This document shows positions 52,681 through 64,000 of a DNA stretch of 64,000 nucleotides, in pieces. The stretch spans positions 87,236,001 through 87,300,000 of the forward strand of contig CM052816.1 in NCBI GenBank assembly GCA_028534125.1. The letters run 5' to 3'. Numbering within the stretch: the stretch's first letter is position 1; every line of letters begins with the position of its first letter. The notes under the pieces were generated by a model. It did no database searches. It saw only the letters and a list, made by a program, of their open reading frames with translations, and was not told where the DNA came from. A program made the translations under genes and the position numbers. Source of the DNA: Lama glama (lineage: Eukaryota).

Positions 52681-52687
52681 TCCTGCA

Positions 52688-54065
52688 TGCAGAGACAATG
52701 ACAGCCCTTGTTCTAAACTAGCTTTTTAAGTATGTTTGTAAAGGAAATAGCCTTGGAATACCGAAACAAAAGTGCATCCTTCCAGAGGAAAGGGCAATTT
52801 TGTTTACTGCCCACTATAAGAAAGAGAATGCCTCCACTTGGGATTAAGTTCAGTTCTATTATAAAATATTTGGGTTCCTGAACTCATGATTCCTCAGCTG
52901 TGGTGAAAATGCTACATGTACAGCATCCACCTGGGTTTTCCTGAATTGTCCCTGGGGCACTTGGACTGTTCTCTGTGCCAGAGAAACAATATCCTATATA
53001 TATGATCCAGCAATCTCACGTCTTCTGCCAACATCCATGCCATAGTGGCAGGCTAGTTTTTAGCTTGCAAGTAGGATAATATCTCAAACCCTTCACAGAT
53101 TCTCAATAGTTTTTTGGTGGGGTGAATGCAGTGATGTCAGGAACAGATCTGGAAGAGAAAGGATGAGGACCTTGTAGATCAAGATATGAAATCTGATGTC
53201 GTGGGATATAGGAAGATTCCCCAAATCTGGTCACAGATGCTTTCATCTAAGTGGTGGGTAAGGGAGAGAAGCTAGTGTCTCCCACTACTCTGATAGGTAG
53301 TGCATGTCTGCAGACTGAGTGGCTACAAGAGGGATTAAAAACAAACAAGCAAGCAAACAAAAATGCCCTCCTAGTGAATCTCCTTTAGATGAGAAGAAGG
53401 AGTGTTATCTCATGGCAATGGGACAGGAAATTCTATAGCTCCAGTCAACAGTCATGGGGCTGAAGCTGATGAAATCAATGGTGTCAGCAATGAAAACAGA
53501 GTCACCATTTTGTTTCTATACTATTGTAGGTTCCAGAAATTTTTGTAGGAATGCCCCTCTTAATTGGTTATTCTGATTATTCTGGCTAATGGGCAGGGAA
53601 CAAATGCATCCAAGTTGTCACATAACACATACAATTAAGGCTACTATCACCTGGACTTCAAAAAGTAGGACAATGTCAATCTTCAGTATTGACTTCCTCC
53701 ACCCTCCCTGTGGTTCCTAGACTCAACCAACTAAGCAACCTTTAAACCATTAAGGTCTACCTAAGAATGCCAAATGACTTTCTACTCAAGTATCTGTATC
53801 GATTTTCCATTTGACTCAAGATGTTAATTCAGGTTCAGAAGGATATGCTAGTGATTACAGACATCTCACTGATGTGCAAAAAGCATGCACTGGCCAATTC
53901 TATCACTCATAACAAACCTGGACAATGAATTGAGACTGGACTGACAGCCTTCCATAACCAAGATTGTATCACTGATAACTTTTAGTTGAAATGAGGAACA
54001 GTAATCATATCACTTTTTCTACTGAAATGATTCCCAGTGTAGAGAAAACTGGTCAAGGGGTGAGC
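52688..54065 (+). mobile_element. Second ERV-L-type LTR (about 52688-53108) with decayed internal sequence, abutting or inserted into the RT relic
   Basis: The LTR-like end gcttgcaagtaggataatatctcaaacccttcacagattctcaata is followed by gttttttggtgg; PPT-like aaggggtgag at about 54055. Family uncertain. Confidence 0.45.
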
Positions 54066-54149
54066 AGAAACTACAAGTTCTTTATTCCTTCAGGAACCTT
54101 TGCCTAGTTGCTAAGTGTAGCATCATTTGGAAAAGACCTCTACAGCCCA

Positions 54150-54710
54150 CTAATTCCACATGCAAAATATATTTACCTTAATCCCAAATCTCCCCAAATC
54201 TTGATCCATTCCAACATTAGCTCTAGGTTCAAAATCTCATGTAGCATCAACTCAAAATATTGCAAATTTCATCATCCAAATCCTATAAATCAGGTATGGG
54301 TGAGAGTCTGGTTCTGATTCATCCAGAAGCAAATTCCTCCCTGTCTGTCAGCCCCAAAACTAGAAAAGATGTTATCTGCTTTTCAAATACAATGGTGAGG
54401 CAGGCATAAGATAGGTATGTCCATTCTAATAGGGATAAAATGGAATGAATAAAGGGGTTACTGGTCCCAAATCCAGTGGAACAAATTTTATTAGGTTTCA
54501 AGGCCTGAAAGTAACATGTGACTTGATGTTCTGCCCTCTGAGCGCCTGAAAGCAGCCCCGAACTCTGGCTTGTGGGTGCAGCTCATGGTGCTGGTGATAA
54601 CCCATCAGCCTCTGAGCCAGCCTTGGAGGCACACTTCCTACTCTCGCAGGATAACGCATTTGCAGCTGAGTACCACTCTCAGCTCATTTTCCACCTGTTG
54701 AATTTTGGCA
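54150..54710 (-). mobile_element. MaLR (MLT1/MST) internal sequence fragment
   Basis: aaatacaatggtgaggcaggcataagataggtatgtccattctaatagggataaaatgg...aaaggggttactggtccc...aatccagtgg matches antisense MaLR internal sequence. Confidence 0.65.
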
Positions 54711-56779
54711 AAAATACTTTAAAATAGGTACTGTGTATTCCATTAATATACACACAAACATCCAGGTGTCTCTCTTTGACATTAGCAGCCTGGGGTGCTC
54801 ACTATCTAAATCTATTAATTAACTAGTAATTTCAAAATGGTGCCTGACACTGTCATTTTTTAAATTTATTGACTACGATACTTGCCCTCGTCAACTATTT
54901 TTGTAGTCACACCTGCTTAAAAAAATAATGGAATAACTAACTTCCCTGAGAATGGATTTACACATTCCTGGCTTTAATTACACATGAGTAGGTCTTCTGT
55001 TTGTTTGGGTTTTAAATAGCTGCTAAGCAATGACAACGAATTCATCGCAACAGACTGTCTCTGTCCGTATAATTGGAAATGGTCCTACCACAATGTCAGA
55101 GGCACAGCTCAGGAAGCCTTAGAAAAAGAGAACTACAGATACTCAGTGGCAGAAGGTGGGAAATAAGACTTCAAATAAATTGCTTGGGTCATTCATTCAT
55201 TGTGGAATTATCCCATCACATTTTTTTTAATTAAAGTATACTCTTTTTTACCCTTTAGACAAAAACGCTAAATACCTTCATTGTGAAATGTCTTCTCCTT
55301 ACTTAATATTTTTAATTTATGTTCTACAGTATATTCTATTTTTATTCATGATAAAAGTGCTGAGAAAATTGATACAAAATATATACAATTAGGGAAAGCA
55401 CGTAGACTTTATAAGTAAAGGAAATGATGAAAGCTAATACAACACAAGGAAGCAGGCTACTCTCAGTTTGACCAGAGCTGTTCACGTAACAGTGTAAAAT
55501 TACTACTATTAAATAGTCAGTGGGCTACATGGTGTAGCGAACAGAAAAAGTTTCTATGAATGACATAAAAACTACTTTTGTGTTATATGTATCTGAGATG
55601 CTTATAAAAATAACAATGGAGTAGACTATGTTTTCTTTTTTCATCTAAAATAGCAGAGTAAAGAGAGAAATCCGAAAAGCATTTTGTGGATGGTATTTAC
55701 TTCAGATTACCTCCAAAGAGAAAAGAATAAAATTTATTACTCTGTGTCCTGCCCCTACTGGGGAGTGAGATAGTTAGACACACCATCCTGTAAACTGAAA
55801 TAGTTTGATGGTGAAGAAGACAATGAGAACACATCTGGAGAAGAAAGGAAGTAGTTCAACTGCATATAAATGGTATCGTCACGTCCACATTTCTATTTAA
55901 TGGGGGACTTTTCCCCCTGCTAAGACGTTTGGGGAATAGATTTTGGGGGATATGCTGTCACAGGCCAAAAAAAGCAGACGGACAACAGAATTATTAACAT
56001 GATGCAGCAGAGGACAGGAGAGCTGTAAAGAAAAAAGAAATAAACAAAGAATGAGCAGATTGAGTGAAACTGCTGTAGGGCCTGAGAGAAACACAAGTAA
56101 GAATCGGCCGATGCCAGTGTGAAGAGAAATAGAGCAACAGGCATCTTCCCCAGGAACACGTGACTTCTGAAACAGATCGACGAGCATGGTTTTAAACATG
56201 ACTTGTGAGTAAACTTAATACCAGCGATGAAGCTAGAGAAAGAGAAATCTCTGAGCAGACTGGCACCTGTCGAAACAGTGCGAGTCACACAGAAAAGGAG
56301 AAATCTAGATCTGATGACAAGAGAGCCTATCTTTATGACGTTCACAGTTATTTTCAGTATTTCCTTATGAGACTTAATTGTGAAAGAGTTGAAGTCCTCT
56401 GAACTAGTTCCTCACATAATTTGTGATTTATTGTTACCCATAGGTGGATTTTATTATAAAGCTTCATTTCTCTGGGTGTACTTGTACCCAAATTGTTTTA
56501 ATATGTTGTTCATAAGGGAAGTGAGTTACAGGGACCCTCCAGGTACCATGTGTCTTGTTTTAGGTTGATTTGCTTTCCTGGACTGAATGAATCTCAGTCA
56601 GTGAAATCCAGTCAAGATCCTGGAAACCAGAACTGGTAAAACCAGGGAAGCTACACTCTTTAAAGACTATATGCCTCAACCATGCTGGTTTCATTTATAA
56701 TAGTAAAAAACCAGATATTTAAATCACATTTACAGATACTGTGTTAAAACCATAACATTTATAAAGAAAAAAGCAATAG

Positions 56780-56990
56780 TTAATGTTTGTTGAGTGTCAT
56801 TACAAGCATTTTATCTTATTTAACCACAAAGATAGTCTTATAAGAGAAATACTGTAATAGTCCATTTTAATGATGGGTAAATTGAGGCACAGTGAGTTTA
56901 AGGGAATTGGCCAATGTCATTAACCTAAGAGGAAGAGTTGGATTTAAAATTTAGTAAATCCGGTTCTAATGCTGTGCTTTCTATACTGCA
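56780..56990 (-). mobile_element. MIR SINE
   Basis: ccattttaatgatgggtaaattgaggcacagtgagtttaagggaattggccaatgtca is the MIR core. Confidence 0.75.
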
Positions 56991-57716
56991 TTATAATAAG
57001 TATTAACAGTAGAATAGCTAACAACAGCAGAATGTTTTTGAGAAAAAAAAACATAATTTCTTATGCTACCTTTAAAAATAAGTAAAAATTTTGAATGGAA
57101 CATATTCCGTCTATAATTAGGTATATGTATATGCATGCATGTATTTGTTTTTACTTATACCAGTCCTGGGAGTCAAGTGTTATCTTTTATTGATAACTAA
57201 ACTGAAAGTTGGATACCTTATACAAGGTCACAGCACTGGGAAATTCTGACTATAGAACACTGTTATCAAGATTTTGGCTTTCTGTGCCTGTCCCCAAAAA
57301 GAAGGCTATTCAAAAAGAAGTCCAATTCAAATAAGACACAATCAGCGAACATAACAGAAAATGTTATTCTCTCTCTCTCTCTGCTTGTTTTATTGTAAGA
57401 ACTTTGCATCTGTTTAGGAATCTTGAATATATATGTAAATACAAATGCCTGGAGTTTTAAACTAGTAAAATGAACAAAAAATAGCATTTATTCATTCATC
57501 TATCCTTTATTGACACCCTCCTTTTATTAATAACAAAACTTTATGAAGTGATAGGAATTCTTAAATGAGAAAGGATTCTCTGGCCTAATGAAAGAAATGG
57601 GGAAGAATGCAGTTGGACTTAGTAAATATGCATTGTGTGAGGCAGCTTGCCATAAACTAACAGAAAGGACAGCTGACTCTGTGTGTGCTATGAGGATCTG
57701 ATGGAGACTGCATTTT

Positions 57717-57954
57717 TAGAAATAATTTAATGAGGTGAAATTCACAAAGCATAAAATTAACCATGTCAAAGTAAACAATTCAGTGGCATTTAGTACATTC
57801 CCAATGTTGTGCAACCAACACCTCTACTTAGTTTCAAAGTTTTTGCATGACTCCAAAAGCAAAATGCCTCAGCCATGAATCAGTTTCTCCTCACACCCTC
57901 CTCCTTACCATCCCCTGGAAACCAGCAATCAGTATTCTGCCTTTCGGTAATGAT
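57717..57954 (-). mobile_element. 5'-truncated L1MB-like 3' end with a 10-bp TSD
   Basis: ttcagtggcatttagtacattcccaatgttgtgcaacc. actgcatttt occurs at 57707-57716 and 57955-57964; the second copy is followed by GA, a TTTT/GA endonuclease-like site. Confidence 0.85.
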
Positions 57955-60442
57955 ACTGCATTTTGACTCTTACAGATGTGTTACAGTCTTTGTGTTTCCT
58001 GAGACGATTTGATTAGGTCCATTTTAACACATCTATTAGAGCATCAGAATTGTCTACTTTGTGGGCCAATGAGTAGATTGCTTAAGTTAAAACTGAATTT
58101 TTTAAACTTTATAAAAGATTATAAATTGGATACTTAATATATGGAAGGGGTTGATCAATTGTTTTCATTGCATATGTTATTTTATGAAATAGTCTTCAAA
58201 TAATTGAGTGATCTGCAATTTGAAATTAAATCTGAAGTTTATATTAGACACTGCTGAGCTTCTAACACTACCTTTATGTGCCTGAAAAATAAATTGCTAA
58301 ACTATCACTACTTATTCCTACTCTGGGAGTGCTGAAAATTTCTAGCATATATGTTGTGTTTTCTCTGGTATCTAATGAGTATCAGACAATTTCCATCATA
58401 CTCATTAGTCAAAGGATTCTAGCCTAAACTGGCAAACCCAAGTACTCAACACAGAGTAGCTTCTTTGACATTTAATAATCATCTACCTTGTAGCATAATT
58501 GATGATAAAGCTTTGTCTTTACTAATTATCCAAATGTCCTTAAACCCTATTAAGAATGAAATAAGTTTAGCTGTACTATGCATGTGCTATTTCTTTTATT
58601 TGTTATTCTGTGAGTGTGTGTGCAAGAGTGATGTTTTCCCTTAAAATAATTTATAAAATACCTTCTGTGTGAGTGGAACATAGCATCCTTCAAATTTTAT
58701 TTTTAGGTTTGTGAATCCTTGATATTTTAGTCCTTATAATCATTTAAAAAAACATTTTTATGTGCCACTTGTCAAAATTATGCAACAAATTAAGCACAGA
58801 TATCACTGTCCAATCTTTTTGATGAATAATATAATACGTAAATGAAGTCACATAAAGAGGAAAGATATGCTCACCAGAAATGTAATAATTTCATAAGATA
58901 ATTGTATAATAATTTAATTACAGACACAAAGGACAAACTACAATTTAAATCCCGGAAAGTTATTTTCCCAAGATTCTTCTATATAGTTTCTTCATATTGA
59001 ACAAGTAGTTTGAATGTATATTGCATCTGTCAGAGCTTTATACTTCTGCTTTATAACTTTTTGGAATTGAGAGCCTGTTTCAGAATTGGAGACCAACTTC
59101 ATTTAATTCTAGGTTTTACTTGATAAAAGCTCTCGCTATAAACCATTGTTCTTCTCTAGACACAAACAATTACAGAAAACATCCTACCATAGAAGACATT
59201 TAATTAACCCACCAACATGAAGAATATTGTAAACTCTGGAATGCACAAGGATGGATGATTACATCCACAGTATCAGAAACGTGTCTCCTAGACCTGGTAC
59301 TAGGATATGACATATACGACTGCCCTGGGTCAATTCCTTTTGGAAAGTATCAGTGAATTCTTGAGATTTTTAGGCAGATTTTTAGGTTTATTGGAAATAA
59401 TTTATTTATGACCCATTTTAATATGGGCATTTTGTTTAGTGGACAAAAAATCCAACACCTAAGGAAAGACACAGCAAGATGAGTGTCACTGGGAAGTCTA
59501 ACTCACACAGGCAAGGGTTAGTAAACGGTCATGTTCTGAGGCTAACACGAATCCACATGCCTCGATTAGCTGTCCCCTGGAAGCTTCTCAGGAGGTAAAA
59601 CCCTTAAATGTAATTTGGGATGGAGTTACTGATAAGATCAAGGTCTTCTTTCTTCACGCAGCATCCATACTACAAGATTAAATAAGCCCTAAACTTGATC
59701 ACTGAACCATGTTATGAATGTGCTGAATGAGGAAGCACGATAATTAAACAGCAAGGAAAAATAGAAGGTGATAGTTATTGTGGAAACTAGAAAAGAGAGC
59801 TGAGTGACGTGCTGCCCTCGTGCCTCCCGTCGGCTTGTTAAAGGAAACAAGATACTGTACCTGGGTGGATAGGATCATTCTAGCTGCTAGAGAAAATGGC
59901 TAATCTATAATGGGAAAAAAAGAGCTATTTACATAGAATTAACAAAGTAGTATTAGACTTTCCAAATATATTTCTCTCTCTCTTCTGTTTACTAAATTTC
60001 CCTGCAACTTCAATGATATTAAAAAATGGGGGGGGTATTCCTAATATATTGGAATAATTGTGTACCTATAAAAATCTTTAAGGATTTTTATCTCTGGGTA
60101 TGAGTGCTATAAAAGTATTGCCTATGCATTTATATTATACATGAAAATAGTAAGAAAGAATGTTATTTGCCATAATATGAATATTGCATATAATATTAGA
60201 CAGTTATATGTAACATAAAATTATATTTTAATATCTACGTCTATTCATTCTTTTATAACAATTGCTCAAGATGATAACAGAGGCAATAAAGGTGAAGCAA
60301 AACCAATACTGAAACATGGCCAAGAGTTAAAAAATATATTTGGAGCATAACATCTCCTGCGCAGACCAGAAAAAGACGGGTGAGAAGATGTCTAAACTGA
60401 CGGGAGAAATCTCCTTAAGTAGAGGTAAGTTCTAACAGTTGC

Positions 60443-61600
60443 CAAGAATGGATCCAGGTTTTATGGGACTTATAATTTTTTATATCCATCTTCAAGAAAA
60501 AGATCACAAAATTGAAAGTACAAAATTCAGATACAAAGGTAAACATTTATCCAGGGTAAAGAAAATAAATCATTATAAACTGTGTGTTTTAAAAGCTGGC
60601 AAATACCAAAATTATCATACAATCCAAAATAATGACATGATGTTTTCTATTTAGCAACTATTTAATACAACTTTGTATTATAATTGCCCTGTATTTTGGC
60701 TGCATTATTCTTACGTCTTCAAATAAAAATGTTTTGCAAAATAATGTGCTATGAAGAAAATGAAGATACTTTAATTTTGACTTCAGAATTATTAATTATT
60801 TGATCATACAAAAATTTATTGCAGCTTCCTAACTAGTTATTGGTAATGTTGTGCTAAGGTATAATCAACATCATAGCACGCTTAATACCTTCAACTCACA
60901 CATAGATAGGCTTGCTGCTTAGAAGATTGCTTACAATTTTGTGCCCTACAAACACAAGGATTCTGGCCAATCTATTTTTCATGGCTCTCAATTGGAAAAA
61001 TAAAAAAGAAAAATGTATGGTGCATTTATAATTACAAAAATTGCATAATTGAGAGTATTTAAAGAGAGAGAGATTCTTTTTTAGTGGCATGCATGAGAAT
61101 ATAATTCTATGTTTACAACTCTATACAGCTAGTGATTGGAAGAATTTTCTACAGACTAGTTGCCGGTCTAGGACACTTAAAACCTTATTTCTTCTCTATT
61201 ACCCAGATGCTTTCAATATGTTTATATTATAGTCAATTTTCTTGGTTTGTCATCTTCACGACATGAAGTCAGGTGAGTTGGCACTGTGTGGCCAGAAATA
61301 TTCCTAGGTTGAAATGGCTAACAATAATTTAAGTACACCTGAAAATGACTGTGAGCCACATAACCATAGCCAACAAAACCCAAACTAAATTAAAAACAAT
61401 GTTCTCAATGTAACTTTTTTAACTGAATCCCCAAAAGCAGTGTGGCCATTCTGACATCAATCAAACTGAGGAGTCATGAGACAGAAGAGAAGCCAGGTGG
61501 AAAGGGACACTGTAGACACAAAGTGTTACATTAACAGATGTTATTTTTAAAATGTGATCATGTAAATACATAACAAGGTCCATTCCAGGGCCTTGGAGAC
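60443..61600 (+). mobile_element. hAT-Tip100-type DNA transposon relic (Arthur1/MER96B-like)
   Basis: Start ggatccaggttttatggga...ttcaagaaaaagatcacaaaattgaaagtacaaaatt and end ttccagggccttgga resemble recalled termini of this group. Confidence 0.6.
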
Positions 61601-63009
61601 TAATAGAACACTACGTGGAACACTTCTGCCCCCCAGTTCCATGAACAACTCCACTCTCCTTTTGCTTATCCATCCATGAGCTCAGGTTTGTCATGATATG
61701 TACGGACATCACAGCACTTTGAGATAAGAACCATGGCAAACACTCAGGCTGCTTTCCTTTCTCCATATTCTCATCCGTCTCTCTCTCTTTCCTTCTCTCT
61801 CCCTCTCCTTCTCCCTTTCTTTCTTCCTCTCCTTCCCTGAACAGAAGCAGAGACGGGGTGATTAACAAAAACATTTTTAATGGAGAATCCTATCTTTTCA
61901 AGTTATTTCCTAAATTACACCAATTTATTACATGGAAGAAGGGAACCCTTTATAGATGATCTGGTTACACAATTAAAAGGAATCATACATAGTACCTACA
62001 CACTCTTCGGTTTCTTAAATAAAGAGAAGCTCCTGAACGTGACAGTGGGAGTTTTCTAAAATCAGGTAAGAATGGGTAAAAAATGCCGGGTAACATATGT
62101 ACAAATTTCATACTAATGTAATTACAGCATCAGATTTAGGAAATGATTCAGGGTAATATCGGAAAACTCTAATCCAACATTGGTATAAGAACACATTTGA
62201 ATGGAAGCATTTTTGCAAATAAATATGATTATGCTAAACAGACTGCTTAAGATCCTTCTACGGGCTGTTATTCCAAAAAGTACAGTTGGATGGTTCGTTT
62301 CTTATTGTAGCAAGAATACAAGAGAATGGGAATGCATCCTTCTGTCTAAATTTTCACGAGGTTAAAAAAAGAAAAGTTAAATTTGTACTTTCCCAAGAAC
62401 CAGCCTTCCAACTCCGCTGATTAGTAGGGTGATAGATCTACCTTCTAGCCTACAAAATAAATAAAATAAGAAATGCTCTCTGGCTATTGCAGTGATTCAG
62501 CTCCCATCTCCTGTTTTATGTGCACCGAGCAGATAACAGTTCTACCTACAATTGTAGGCACATGTGGAATGAGTATGTGTGTGTAACTGTTGATACACAT
62601 AATATTTGCTGTATCTAATGATATAAGCATACTGACGGTCTACAAATGTCTACATTGATTAATAGGGACTTATATGTAAAGTTACATTTATTTATTTTCA
62701 AGTCAAAGATTCAACAAGAAATTTGCCTCTTTTCCACTGAAAAGGCCAGTCAATGGCATATCATACTCCAACGTGTAAAGCTTCTTAGTTTTCAAAAATG
62801 AAACAGGAAATAAAATATATTTTGATAAATCAGATAATTTAATGGATTTAATGTAAACATAAATCACTGTAGTAGTCATTGTGACTTGATTTTCTGTAAT
62901 TATTGAGTGAAAGTCTGATATAGTAGATAAATACACTTTATAATGTCATTTGTCATGTAAATGGCAGAGCTGAGGTCCAGAATCAGATATAAGCTGTTTA
63001 ATTTATATG

Positions 63010-63419
63010 CTACCACATAATGATCCCTCCATGGACCTTATGCTTACATGTGAGTCTTGGGAAGCCCTTCCCTTTGGAAGAATAAATATATCAGTAATGC
63101 TGATTGGCATCAGGCTTACACTGTGATTTGTTTTGGCCAATTTAATGTTGGCAAAGTAACTCGTACCAATTCCCAATAGAAGTTTTGGGAATCAGCTTTA
63201 GATCATCTGGGTATCTTCTTTCTCTCTGCTAGAAGACTATGTTCTGGATAGGGACACTTTTCAGTCTGCATTCTTGAGTAAGGCTGACATGTAGCAAAGC
63301 CACAGCTGACCCACCACGGACAGATAACTAATAGAAAAAAGAACCTCCATTATTTTAAGCCAATTTTTTTTTGCATTATCTGTTGATGCACCATATCTTG
63401 GTATAAACTTACATGATAT
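63010..63419 (+). mobile_element. MaLR LTR (MLT1J-like)
   Basis: tgtgatttgttttggccaat...gcaaagccacagctgaccc...ttttaagcca...tgatat. Confidence 0.65.
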
Positions 63420-64000
63420 GGAATTTTTAAAATATTAGAATACATTATCATAATTTTAGGAATAATTTAAGTAGAAAAGAATGGATGAAATTGATAATAT
63501 GTTTTTTTACTCTCATGGGATTTAAAACTCAAACTCCTCTTTGATTTAACTGTGCAACTACCTTATAAATTGTCTAAAAATGTGTGCATGTTCACCATAA
63601 TAAATTCTGCATGCTTTTCAAAGACTGAGACTCAAATAATCACTGTTTCATAGCCTAAGATGCCCTTGCCATATGGTAAGTGCAAATGTTTCCAAAGCAG
63701 CAAATGTTCTGTCAGGGAGTCTCACTGATGTTTTGATTGGATTGCTCTATTATCTGAACACGTCTGCCAAAAGAATGCACCTGCACAATAAAGAGCGTAG
63801 AGGAGCTGCCAGGCTGCAACAGCGGAAGGGAAGTAAAGCGTGTGCTGACAAGTTAGCTGTCATCCTCAGATCTACCGATGAGGTTATGATAGACGCCTCT
63901 GTGTACTTGATGTCTCACGATAACTTCTGTACACCAGGAAGAACCTTATGTCTTGGGAATCCATTAGAAAATTGGACTGAAGATAGAGAACAAAGAGAAC

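Noticed and set aside
55897..56345. 100-aa and 141-aa minus-strand ORFs
   Set aside because: Leu/Phe/Ser-rich translations of a pyrimidine-rich strand, with no recognisable family or clear exon boundaries.
62703..62936. 77-aa minus-strand ORF or exon-like stretch
   Set aside because: AT-rich with no recognisable product; the plus-strand acceptor reading hits a stop and has no clear donor.

Overview
AT-rich, CpG-depleted placental-mammal genomic DNA, intergenic or deep intronic, with two 500-N scaffold gaps (11440-11939, 41261-41760). I recognise no intact protein-coding gene, tRNA, rRNA or CRISPR array. Most interpretable sequence is old interspersed repeat: a 3.9-kb decayed L1 ORF2 and 3'UTR (about 36984-40915, +); several antisense L1 pieces; three ERV-L (LTR16/ERV3-16A3-like) proviral relics, two with readable pol remnants; MaLR (MLT1) LTRs; a younger solo LTR with an intact 4-bp TSD (46128-46779); hAT transposons (MER20, MER58A, a Tip100-like element); MIR and L2. 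I recognised no lineage-specific SINE. Repeat family names come from recalled consensus sequences, not a search. The best non-repeat leads are: (i) three splice-site-bounded minus-strand exon candidates at 6.6-8.8 kb, two of which join into a 98-aa ORF; (ii) an isolated patch at about 48.2-48.6 kb that retains its CpGs; (iii) a decayed coding-like frame followed by AATAAA at 1-590; (iv) a motif-rich segment at about 55.9-56.3 kb. I see no convincing evidence of a new biological system; these are leads to test.
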